Shown piece by piece: positions 22,415 to 33,758 of a stretch of DNA of 64,000 bases. The translations under genes were made by a program, and so were the position numbers. Within the stretch, counting starts at the first letter, position 1, and the number at the start of each line of letters is the position of its first letter. This DNA is from Macrostomum lignano (lineage: Eukaryota): NCBI GenBank assembly GCA_002269645.1, contig NIVC01002800.1:38194-102193 (forward strand), in the 5' to 3' direction. The notes under the pieces were generated by a model, which saw nothing but the letters and a program-made list of their open reading frames with translations, ran no database searches and had not been told where the DNA came from.

Positions 22415-25400
22415 CTACAGGAAAGGATTGGTACCGGCAGACGGAGGCTGCGGCTGCTGCTGATAATAAGGGGGCGGCGCCGGCCCGCCACCGAAGAACG
22501 GATTGGCCGCCTGCGCCTGCGGCTGCATGCCGAAGCCGCCACCTCCGCCTCCGCCGCCGCCGCCGCCACCTCCAAACGGATTAAACGGATTAGCAACAGG
22601 GCCGCTTGCCGTGGTGGCCGGGGCCGCCCAGGAGCCGCCGCCGCCGCCGCCCCAGCCAGTATTCCAGGACTGCGACGCCGGAACGCCCATGCCGCCTCCC
22701 ATGGAGTCCCAACTGGGCTGAGCACCGCCAGACCAAGGCGCTGTCGATATTGGCGCGCTGGTTGTGGCGCCGACGCCGCCGCTTCCGTTGCTGCCCCAGT
22801 TGATGCCGACGCCGGCGTTGCCGCCGCCTCCGCCTCCGCCTGTCCAGTTGATTGGCCCGCTGTGCATTGCGGGCTGCTGGTGTCCGCCGAACACGGAGCC
22901 AAAGCCGCCTCCGCCGCCGCCTCCACCGCCGCCGCTGCCGCCAAAGCCTTCGCTTGAGAATGCGCTCGGACCTTGAAGGGGGATCCATTCAGATGGATAT
23001 TAATAAACATATTCTGGCTTCTTAATAGGCCACTGTTCTGCCCTGTGACTCTTCTTGGTGGGTCACTGTTCTGTCCTGTGACTCTTCTTGGTGGGTCACT
23101 GTTCTGTCCTGTGACTCTTCTTGGTGGGTCACTGTTCTGTCCTGTGACTCTTCTTGGTGGGTCACTGTTCTGCCCTGTGACTCTTCTTGGTGGGTCACTG
23201 TTCTGCCCTGTGACTCTTCTTGGTGGGTCACTGTTCTGTCCTGTGACTCTTCTTGGTGGGTCACTGTTCTGTCCTGTGACTCTTCTTGGTGGGTCACTGT
23301 TCTGTCCTGTGACTCTTCTTGGTGGGTCACTGTTCTGCCCTGTGACTCTTCTTGGTGGGCCACTGTTCTGCCCTGTGACTCTTCTTGGTGGGTCACTGTT
23401 CTGTCCTGTGACTCTTCTTGGTGGGTCACTGTTCTGTCCTGTGACTCTTCTTGGTGGGTCACTGTTCTGTCCTGTGACTCTTCTTGGTGGGTCACTGTTC
23501 TGCCCTGTGACTCTTCTTGGTGGGTCACTGTTCTGTCCTGTGACTCTTCTTGGTGGGTCACTGTTCTGTCCTGTGACTCTTCTTGGTGGGTCACTGTTCT
23601 GCCTCTGTGACTTCTTGGTGGGTCACTGTTCTGCCTCTGTGACTTCTTGGTGGGTCACTATTCTGCCCTGTGACTCTTTTTGGTGGGTCACTGTTCTGCC
23701 TCTGTGACTTCTTGGTGGGTCACTATTCTGCCCTGTGACTCTTCTTGGTGAGTCACTGTTCTGCCTCTGTGACTTCTTGGTGGGTCACTGTTCTGCCTCT
23801 GTGACTTCTTGGTGGGTCACTGTTCTGCCTCTGTGACTTCTTGGTGGGTCACTATTCTGCCCTGTGACTCTTCTTGGTGGGTCACTGTTCTGCTCATCTA
23901 CATCCTTACTACATCTGGATGGATCACTGCCCGGTCCTGTGAGCAGGTAAATGCCCATTGTTTCGGTAAGGGCAGAGAGTTGGCCTATTCATAGAATTTG
24001 GTTAAATCATAATCACCAATTTGTTTTTAATAGGTCATTGCATGATAACAAACGGTTACAATAGAAAATGTAATAGATATAATAGGAATTGAGAGAAAAA
24101 ATAATTAAACCTGAAATAGCGCTGGAAAAACCTGAGTGCATATCTACAAATGCTTTACGACATATCTATCGCCCACAAATAAGTCAATATTGACGCACTT
24201 GCATAGAGCAGAATACGACTTATTCAGATCACATTCTGTGATAAAAAACCCAGCTGAAAATGCCGATGCGCCCCCAATTGCACCAGATAAAAAATTGTGC
24301 AACAACCTGATAGGCTAAAAATAGAATAATTTAAGACTGTTGCTGATAAAGACAGAAAGATCAAGTGAAGTGGGAGAGGGGCACAGGGGTGCAAAAGACA
24401 AGTAGGTAGAGAACCAGAGAAGAGAGGACAGAGTGAGACAAGGAAGGGAAAGAGATAGTAGCAGACAAGAAGGGGAAGACAGGGGCAGACAAGAAGGGGA
24501 GAGACAGAGGCAGACAAGGAAGGAGAGACAGGGGCAGACAAGAAGGGGAGAGACAGTGGCAGACAAGAAGGGGAGAGACAGGGGCAGACAAGAAGGGGAG
24601 AGACAGGGGCAGACAAGAAGGAGAGAGACAGTGGCAGACAAGAAGGGGAGAGACAGGGGCAGACAAGAAGGGGAGAGACAGTGGCAGACAAGAAGGGGAG
24701 AGACAGGGGCAGACAAGAAGGGGAGAGACAGGGGCAGACAAGAAGGGGAGAGACAGGGGCAGACAAGAAGGGGAGAGACAGGGGCAGACAAGAAGGGGAG
24801 AGACAGTGGCAGACAAGAAGGGGAGAGACAGGGGCAGACAAGAAGGGGAGAGACAGGGGCAGACAAGAAGGGGAGAGACAGGGGCAGATAAGAAGGGGAG
24901 AGACAGGGGCAGACAAGAAGGGGAGAGACAGGGGCAGACAAGAAGGGGAGAGACAGGGGCAGATAAGAAGGGGAGAGACAGGGGCAGACAAGAAGGGGAG
25001 AGACAGGGGCAGACAAGAAGGGGAGAGACAGGGCCAGACAAGAAGGGGAGAGACAGGGCCAGACAAGAAGGGAAAACAGGGCCAGACAAAGCTCTCTTAT
25101 GCTGAGTTAATAATGTAATGGCATTGTCTCCTGTAAAGAAAGTGAAAATTGACTCAAAAAGTCATGAAATCAATGCGAATCAAAGTGTTTTTGTGTAATT
25201 ACAACAATTTCACAATATTATGAATGATTTGGTAAGCCTTCAAATCGAGTTTAATGATTGATATTTTTACAGACGGGTCCAGCTAAGCAATCGGTTAACT
25301 TACCGCTAGAGTGGCTAGCATCAGAGTGAGGGGTAGCTTGATCTATCGGTTGGCGAAACAGTTTAAAATGAAATTTATAACAAAGATAATTTCAGGAAAA

Positions 25401-28400
25401 ATTTAAAATCTATATCTAGCCATGGGTTAGATATTTACTTTTATTGTAATGTGCATTAACAAGAACACTTCAACTTGATATTGGCTTTTAGAAGCAGAAC
25501 TAAAGTGACCATTTAATGTTTTCTACGGTTAACGGACCCTTGCTTTGCACTTTATATATTTGATTTTTATTCGATAATGAATGGCTTGTAAAGTTGTGTT
25601 ACGTGTGAATTTTTTAGCTTAGAGGGTACTGCTAAAATTATTTAGGTTTTTTACAGTTTATGAAATTTTGAGCTGGTAAACTCCCAGATCTTTCAGGCAT
25701 GTGAACCAGATCTTTCAGGCATGTGAACCAGATCTTTCAGGCATGTGAACCAGATCTTTCAGGCATGTGAACCAGATCTTTCAGGCATGTGAACCAGATC
25801 TTTCAGGCATGTGAACCAGATCTTTCAGGCATGTGAACCAGATCTTTCAGGCATGTGAACCAGATCTTTCAGGCATGTGAACCAGATCTTTCAGGCATGT
25901 GAACCAGATCTTTCAGGCATGTGAACCAGATCTTTCAGGCATGTGAACCAGATCTTTCAGGCATGTGAACCAGATCTTTCAGGCATGTGAACCAGATCTT
26001 TCAGGCATGTGAACCAGAACTTTCAGGCATGTGAACCAGATCTTTCAGGTATGTGAACCAGATCTTTCAGGCATGTGAACCAGATCTTTCAGGCATGTGA
26101 ACCAGATCTTTCAGGTATGTGAACCAGATCTTTCAGGTATGTGAACCAGATCTTTCAGGTATGTGAACCAGATCTTTCAGGCATGTGAACCAGGTCTTTG
26201 AGGCATGTGAACCAGAATTCTCAAAATGATGAATTATCAAGCTTTGCTAGAGGACTAATTAAGCAATTCACTCTTACCCGAAGGTGCCGCATTGAACAGG
26301 TCGGCAAAAGCGGCATATTTATCGATGCCCGTGGCGCCACTGCTTGTCGACGCCGAGGAGGAGGCAGCGGCGGCAGTGTTGCTGCTAGACATTGGCTGCA
26401 ACGGGGCGCCGAACGAAGCGACTGGCTGTTGAGCGACCGACTGCGGCGGGAAGCCGCCACCGCCGCCGAAGAAGTCGGTCGAATTACCGCCTCCGCCGCC
26501 GCCTCCAGAGGCCAGCAGGTCAAAGTTGGCAAATCCAGTGTCAGCGGCCGATGAAGTCGGCGGTGCAGCCGCAGTTGTGCCGTTGCTGCTGCCGCCGAAT
26601 AGATCGGCGCCTAGCAGATCGACAGCGGCGCTGCCACCAACAGCAGTTGGCGCAGCTGACGATGTGGCGGCGGGGACAGGCGCCACAGGCAGAGGCACCC
26701 CAACTGAGGTGGCGGCAGGCGCGGCAGTGGGCCTGGCCGTGGTGCTGGCCGAGCTGGCAGACGCTGGCGCCGGCGGTCCAGCCAGTTTAGCAGCCGCGGC
26801 AGACGGAGGCGCATTGATGCCCAGTATCGACCTCGCCCCCTTGGCGCCTTGGCCTTTCTCAATGCGATCGAACACCGGCTGATTGGCCGCGCGAGCCTCG
26901 GCGAACAGTTCTTCGCTTGGAGACACGTAGTAGCGCTTCTTTTCGTATTTAACGGCCATGAAATCGCGCACTGACTGCTCGTTGCTACGCGAGTCCGGCT
27001 CTGCCGGCATGCCGGCCTGCCGGTCGTGCAGGCCCAGCCAGACACGGCGGCACAGGTCGTTGCCGCGCGACTTTAAGAATTCCATCTCGTCCGCAGTGAA
27101 ACTGGCCATGGAGATGGACTTGACCCGGTGGGGCGGGTTCAGGCCGCGACTGGGGGAAGGAGGAAGGATGTACAGAGCGCTGCTGTATCCAGATTATGCC
27201 GAAGCAGAATTAATGTCAAATATTTCTACTTGGTCTAGGAATAAAAAAAGTTATGACACCATTTTACTATGACAATTCCTTTTAACTTTTGTAGTGTATT
27301 TTCCCATAAGGACTGTAAACTGTTAAATGTACACAATAATTGAATAAATTTGTTGGAAAAATACAAGTCAAAAAATTGCATGAATAAATAGATTATTTTT
27401 CTAAATTTTGTAAATAGAAAAATAAATAATGAAAATAAATAAATAAAGTCTTTCCTAGTGTTAAATGTTATTTTAGTATATTATGCCTTTTAACAATTTA
27501 TTGCTTTGCCATAAAGCATTTCTTGTGCTTTTGAACTGCATCATGTTTTCTTTTTATGTTCTTTTTCTTCATTTTAAGGTGAAAACTGTGTCCCAGCTGT
27601 CAGTAATACTATACATTATTGGGGAAGGGACATGTTTCAAATACCTGTAACAAAATTTAAAATAAATTCTGAATTGAAAAATTGATGCCAGCAATGCGAG
27701 GCATTGGTCATGTATGTTAAAAAAGCATTCTGAAAAAGTAAAGACATTACTAGTATTTTTACTATTATATCAGAATACAATATTGTTTTACTAAATGTTG
27801 GCACAATCATGTTGGCTAAATGGCTAGAACAGATATGGAAAAATATTTGATTTACTATCCCCTCATGATTTCCTAAAATATTATTCCTAATTATATATCT
27901 CTCGACTTCTCAACCAAATAGATGACAGTTCTCAATTGGAAGAAATCAAATTCTATATGGTTTAATGTAATATAGATATAATGAAATTAGAATCCCATTA
28001 TGCACTATAAATTCCTAAGCTCTAAAGTCTAGTCTATGAAAATTATAATGTCATGCATTTTTAAATGGTATTATATATAATTTACTTTGGAGTCTAACAC
28101 TTTCTATTATGGTTCCTTAATTTTTCTTATTTGGTATATTATTGTACTATTTTTATATACCACTTTTTGTGACATCTTAATTATTTAGATATAGTATATA
28201 GTTAGTTACATATGCATATATATATATACTTATAAGGAATACAACCCACTTTGGTAATAGCCATTTTGGTAACAAAGCAGATTTATGACTATTGACTATG
28301 AACACTTCATTTTTATGATAATTAGGTTTAGCAATAATTAGTTTAGTAATTAATATCTTAATTTGAAGGCAAAAAAATAATTAACGAAGAAAAAAATAGA

Positions 28401-31400
28401 TTCTATAATTTTATGTCACTATTTGCTAACTAGATCAGAGATTCTAATATACACAATACACAATATTTGGTCAATTATAGGATGTCTCAGGTGCATATAT
28501 CTGACCTATCTAGAAATTAAAATAGATTGGTTAAAACACTTTTAAACAAGTTAAATGCATGCAGGTATGTATATATTTTGTCATTCTTTCTTTAAAGTTT
28601 GTTCGCACATTCTTTTGGAGTATATCAATTAATGCTTATTATATTATATATGCAGACTATATAACAATCCTCTGTCTATAGTTTAGAGGAGGATTGTGGA
28701 CAGGAAGATTATATGGACAGAGGATTATATATGCTGGATTAATCTGGTGTATACTCATGACTTTTGGTATATAATTTTTTGTTTGTTTGAAATGTGGCAT
28801 ATTATCTGGCATCTAAAAATAGATGCTATCTGGCATCTAAAAAAGTGGTATATATGTTCCTGCAATTGCACAATGAAATTGTAAAATAAATTTAATTTTA
28901 ATTTAAATGGAAAGTAATTATTTTGAAAGAATAAAAGAAAATTTGGCATATATTGACTTCCTACTATAAAGAATATCAGCAAAAAAGCAAAAAAGTGAAA
29001 CAAAGAGCAAAAAATGTCATTTGGTATGCTGCAACACCAGAAACGAGGTTTGTAATAAGGCTCATTTTTTTCTAGGATTATGATTTTGGGTTGGAAAAAG
29101 TTTGGCATACATTAGTATACCAAAAAATTGTGGGAGATTATAGTCTGGCATATATTCAGGGTATTCTGAACTATGGTCCTCTGTTTTAGAACTTCCAATA
29201 GGCTAGAAATCTATTTTTGCTATTATACCAAATAGAAATGTGATGCAAACAATGTAGGTAATCCTTATTTGCACAGTAGGCTTACCAAGTAAATAGTGCC
29301 CACACTCCGGATCATGTAGTATATGCCCGAAAATTTGGGCGTGCATTGGCCTTGCATGCCAAAATTAGGCATGCACAGTTGGCGTGCATCACTCTTGAGA
29401 AAATAGTATGCATGCACACCTGGCGTGTACTTTATAGAATCACGCGTAAGAGTTATTGTGAAGTAGAAAAAAGAGGAAAAAGGTCATTTTTAAGTGCAAA
29501 TTTCAAGCTTTCCAGTTTTTTCAAGCTCATAAAAGAGCATTTAAACAAATCTTTTTGTGTATAAATTTTCCACTGTAAATAGTATTGCCGAAAAAGCAAC
29601 CAAATTATCTAGTAAGGTCTATTACACAATTTAAAAAAGGTATTTTGTTGTCACAACAAAAAAGGTCATTTATTGTTGCAACACCAGCATATTTTTGAGA
29701 ATGGGCATGTACTACATTTTTTTTCGGCATGCATTTGTAATTATTCAATTTTTGTTTGGGCATGCACCTAGCATGATCTGGACTATAGAATAGTGCCAGC
29801 ATTATTTACACAGTAACTGAAATAAATACCTTTAGTCAAATGTTACTGGGCCATAACTGCAAGTACTATACAATATATAGTACTAGTCTTTATTTTAGTT
29901 ACTATGTAAATAACACCAGCACTATTTACATGGTGCCCAGGGTTTTCTTTTTTGCCAGAGACAAGGTGCAAAATCGCACCTTATGCTCATTTTCATGGTG
30001 CAATTTTAAGGCTCAAAGTGCAATTTCTATTTTTTCTTATTTTAAGGCAGTGCGAATGAGGCTTTAATAGAAAAATAGGTAATAAGACTGCACCTAAACC
30101 ACACCTACATTTCAATTTCAAGGTGCAATTTTAAAATTTAAGGTGCATATGCACACTCTACGCACAAAAAATAAACCCAGATGGTGCCGTGCAAACCATA
30201 TTGCGGAAGGTGTAGTATACGCCGGAAAATTCCGGCGTACAAATGTTTTAGCTGGCGTACATCTGGCGTACAAACGCTTTAAGTGGCTTACATCTAGCGT
30301 ACAAACGCTTTAAGTGGCAGTGGCTTACATCTGGCGTACAAATTCTTTGGCTGGTGTAAATCTATCGTAACCGGAGGAAATACAACCTCCAAGCACAATC
30401 ATCTGCTTACAATTCTTAACTATACTTGTTCAAGCTTTCAGCGCAGCATACAAAAGCATTGATGTACGACACCATTACGTAAATTACGCTAAATAGTCAA
30501 TGAAGTTACTTTGCTAAGTTATGACAATAAATTGAATATTCAAGCAATATATTAAAGTTCTTTTTTAAAAATGTACGTTAAATAGTAGTAAATGTAAAAA
30601 CTTTGTTTTACTAATAATTTTTGTTTTTTAAATGATGCATGTACGTTTTCTATTTTACTTTTTTACGGTAATTTTTTGTGATGCGCGCCTCGGCATGCTT
30701 CTTTCATAGTTTTTGTGCTTGTTAATCATGCATTTTTTATTGGCGTACAATTTACTAGAACCCTTAATTTGCGTACTTTATTGGCGTACACTTTACTATA
30801 TAGCCAGATACTTTCCGGCGTACATATAACACGATCCGCAATATGGCATGCAAATAACAAGTGCCAACAATGTATGCTTTAGTTAGCAACAAAAATAAAA
30901 CAAAATTTTTAATAGTATGTAAGTTCTATGCTTTTTGGTTTTTTTTAAAAATTAACATTCAAACTGGTTTTCTTAAAAAAGATGGTTTTCAAACGGTTAA
31001 CTGGTTCTCAAAAGGCACAGTTTTTGGCATCCCTATTTGCAATTTTTACTATTAGTACCCTATCTTTTAGCTGAACTGGTCACTTTCTTTTGCCGAAATG
31101 TACATTTTATGTAAACTAAAAATTTTGCTGAAGATTCCCTCGCCAAAATGGGCTGTACCCTAGCCTAGAGAGCCTACAGTGTATCCATCTCTGCAAAATT
31201 CAAAAAAATATTAAAAATACAACTTCGAATTACAGATCAGATTTTTACTTACAGAATACCACTGCAACCAGTGCAGATGAATGAACCGATTGTCATATTA
31301 ACATAAGTAGGGCCACGTTGACTACAATCAAAGCAGTGTTTGTTTCCAGGCAATGAGACAAGCTCTCGCAAAATTTTTGTATTTTTTTCATCTTGCTTTT

Positions 31401-31419
31401 TCTTTGCCGCCGCAGACAT
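22415..31419 (-). CDS. AGFG1: ArfGAP with FG repeats (AGFG1/HRB/Drongo); exons 31419-31253, 27149-26278, candidate micro-exons 25342-25304 and 23936-23910, and 22971-22415
   Basis: Exon 1 reads MSAAAKKKQDEKNTKILRELVSLPGNKHCFDCSQRGPTYVNMTIGSFICTGCSGIL (ArfGAP C4 zinc finger) and joins RGLNPPHRVKSISMASFTADE. The C-terminus is Gly/Phe-rich with NPF motifs and ends TNPFL. Junctions are phase-consistent. Confidence 0.93.
23030..23892. repeat. 33-bp minisatellite gtcactgttctgtcctgtgactcttcttggtgg, with shorter variants after ~23600
   Basis: Directly visible. Confidence 0.95.
24430..25090. repeat. 25-bp minisatellite agacaggggcagacaagaaggggag
   Basis: Period 25 (24721, 24746). Confidence 0.94.
25684..26218. 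repeat. 22-bp near-perfect minisatellite ccagatctttcaggcatgtgaa
   Basis: About 24 units; BglII site AGATCT in nearly every unit. Confidence 0.96.
29301..29788. mobile_element. Non-autonomous TIR element (MITE) flanked by a 9-bp direct repeat aatagtgcc; possibly Mutator-like
   Basis: Left end cacactccggatcatgtag and right end (reverse complement) ctatagtccagatcatgctag. aatagtgcc occurs at 29292-29300 and 29789-29797. Confidence 0.6.
29938..30180. mobile_element. hAT-type MITE (243 bp) with an 8-bp TSD atggtgcc
   Basis: TIRs cagggttttctttttt and (reverse complement) ctgggtttatttttt; perfect atggtgcc at 29930-29937 and 30181-30188; internal repeated aggtgca motifs. Confidence 0.78.
30190..30852. 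mobile_element. TIR element with ~40-bp imperfect TIRs and GGCGTAC subterminal repeats
   Basis: Left tgcaaaccatattgcggaaggtgtagtatacgccggaaa versus right (reverse complement) tgcatgccatattgcggatcgtgttatatgtacgccggaaa. No TSD evident. Confidence 0.72.
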
Positions 31420-32149
31420 TTTGACGCTTTTTAATGGGAAATTCTTTACTCGACCTGTGAAATTAAGCGTCCTATTATCATAAAAATATTAGATTACGAC
31501 AAAAGGGAGTTCAAAATATTAAAAAGTCGTGATGGTGCGTTGATAGCACTATTTCATTCGTTAACAAGAAGAACGGAAAGTGTGTTGTTGGATTTCCTAG
31601 AACACTGAATTAACCGTTTAAAACTTTTTAAACAAGAAAATGGAGTTACAAAAAGCAGCTAATATATTTTGTAGATGTAATACAGTACAATAAAAGAAAA
31701 TTATATTTTTCGTAGGACAAAAATGGACTGGTGGAAATCTAATATGTCATCGTTCATTTTTTAAATATCAATTTTCAAAGAACCGTAAAGGTTTACTTAA
31801 AACCGAACCCCTAAGCCCTAAGGTTCTGCTGATTATTAAGGCCTTAGCTAATAACTACAGAGCTAGGCGTACAGAGCAAGGCTATTGGAGTAATTAGTCT
31901 TAGAGAATAACGCTCATGCATACTAATATGTTGAGAGAACCAGTCATATCCAAGAGAAAACAAAGTCAAAAAACGACAAAATTAAATTGTAAAGACTGTC
32001 AAACATAAAATGGGTTCGATGCTCCTCATTTCACACTGTTTCTGGTTCTAGAACTCGAATTTATTTGCACTTCATAGAACCACATTGAAGAGTTAGTGTC
32101 AAGCTTCCCACTAAAGATAATATAGGCAAGAAAGATAAAAAAGCAATTA

Positions 32150-32330
32150 AATTATCTGCCAAAAAGGATTTTTTTATGCAATATAAAAAGGTCATTTACT
32201 GTTGCAATGCACAAAGGTCATTTATTGTTGTAACACTGGCATAGATTTGAGTGTGGGCATACACTTATTTTTGGCCTGCATTTGTAACTATACAATTTTT
32301 ATTTGGGCATGTTATCATTTTATTATTAAA
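32150..32330 (+). repeat. Diverged partial copy of the interior of the 29301-29788 element
   Basis: aaaggtcatttattgttg...ggcatgcatttgtaa...caattttt.tttgggcatg is shared with 29605-29765. Confidence 0.7.
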
Positions 32331-33758
32331 AGCAATTTGAAAATACTATTCATTAAATAAGAAACATACACTTTTGACAAGGCTAAGATAATTAGCAAAA
32401 TAATTCTAGCAAAAATTATAGTTTACTAAAATTCAATAATGGCTTATATTTGACTCATATTATCTTTAAGGCCTATTATTACTTTTATGCTTTTATCCTT
32501 TGTGTTTTACCTTGGCCACGATGCTTTCCAACATTTCAGAGTTATAAGCTCTGCCCTCTCTGCCTAGTCTATCTTGCTTTGCCTTGGTTCATCTGCTGGC
32601 TCCTCTGGTTGTCTCCTTGCTTATTGTCTTGGCTCTCATCTTTGATGATGGATTGGAGTCCTAGGGAATGAGTTTGTCCTGAATTGGGGAATACTAGTAG
32701 AGTCCATGTTCCTCTTGCTCCATGTGCCTCTTCCTGACCCTTTGGCCTGGCCCCCAAAACAGAGCTGGGTAGTGAAAGCCTTGAGGCTCGAAGCCTTGCA
32801 GAATAAAAAAATTTCTGATTGCCTATCTGGCAAGAGCCTCACCTTTTATAATTAAGCTGCCCAGACTCGCTCCAAAATTAAGCTATTTCTGTAGACTTCA
32901 GGGTCTCCCCACTCTTGGATTATCTTTTAGTAGTATTTCTAAAATTTCCTAATCTTTTTTTGCGCACTCCTGGGATTTGTCTGCTGAGGGGGATGGCTTA
33001 GGTAGACTCAGTCTTAGCACTGTCCCTGATTCCACTGTTGGTCAGCAGTGTCAGTCCATAGGTTTGGGTTAGTAGCTTTCCCTGGCCTCGACATCAGGGT
33101 CCAATCTGGGCTACTTGGGCTATATGCCCCTGGTAGATGTGCCCCCCCCCTCAGTGGCAGAGCCCTTCCCTGGGCTGATCCACGGGAGCCCCTAGGCTAC
33201 CCACCTTGTTTAACAACAACAACAAAGGCCTATTAGTATTGGTGCTTAAATTTTACTAACTCAAGTAGACTGAATAAAGTTGTTGTGAATATGAAATGCA
33301 ATTCTACAATCTACAAAAACTCAAGCATGCCTCAAATACGACTATGCCCTAGAAACATTTCAAAGTTGCAGACAATGAAATTCATTAAATTGACTCTTGG
33401 ACAACTTTTAATGCAACATCTTGTCATTTTTTAGTTGTCTAGAGTCATTTCTTTCCCATTTTCCCTGTGTTACCTGTTATGACTCTGTGATGCTTCTTGG
33501 CCTAGGTACCATTTTCATTTGGTAGGTGTTGGTTGTGGCAAAAATGGGAAGCTGGCAACATTCTTGCAAAATGGAAAGAGCAACAGAGCCTGGGTTTGGA
33601 TAGCCTGAGGTGGAGGAGCCGAAAGGGGACAAATGGAAGGCTTAGGAGCGAGGGAGTGGTTTAAGGAGGATTCATTTCTCAACTCATTCTATTCTCACAT
33701 TTGCAAACACTCGTGACTGGCTTTATTGCGCTAATAATTGCACTTGCAGCTTGTTGCT

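Noticed and set aside
24136-24315. Possible extra AGFG1 exon or carrier-like peptide (LHNFLSGAIGGASAFSAGFF) on the minus strand
   Set aside because: Both candidate frames hit stops before a usable donor, and there is no phase-compatible exon.
25684-26218. CRISPR-like appearance of the 20-45-bp repeat arrays
   Set aside because: The units are head-to-tail with no unique spacers, there are no cas genes, and the DNA is spliced eukaryotic sequence.
32560-33235. GC-richer segment ending in (AAC)n that might be a retroelement UTR or relic
   Set aside because: There are no recognisable RT, EN or gag motifs, TSD or second copy in the window, so it cannot be supported without a database search.
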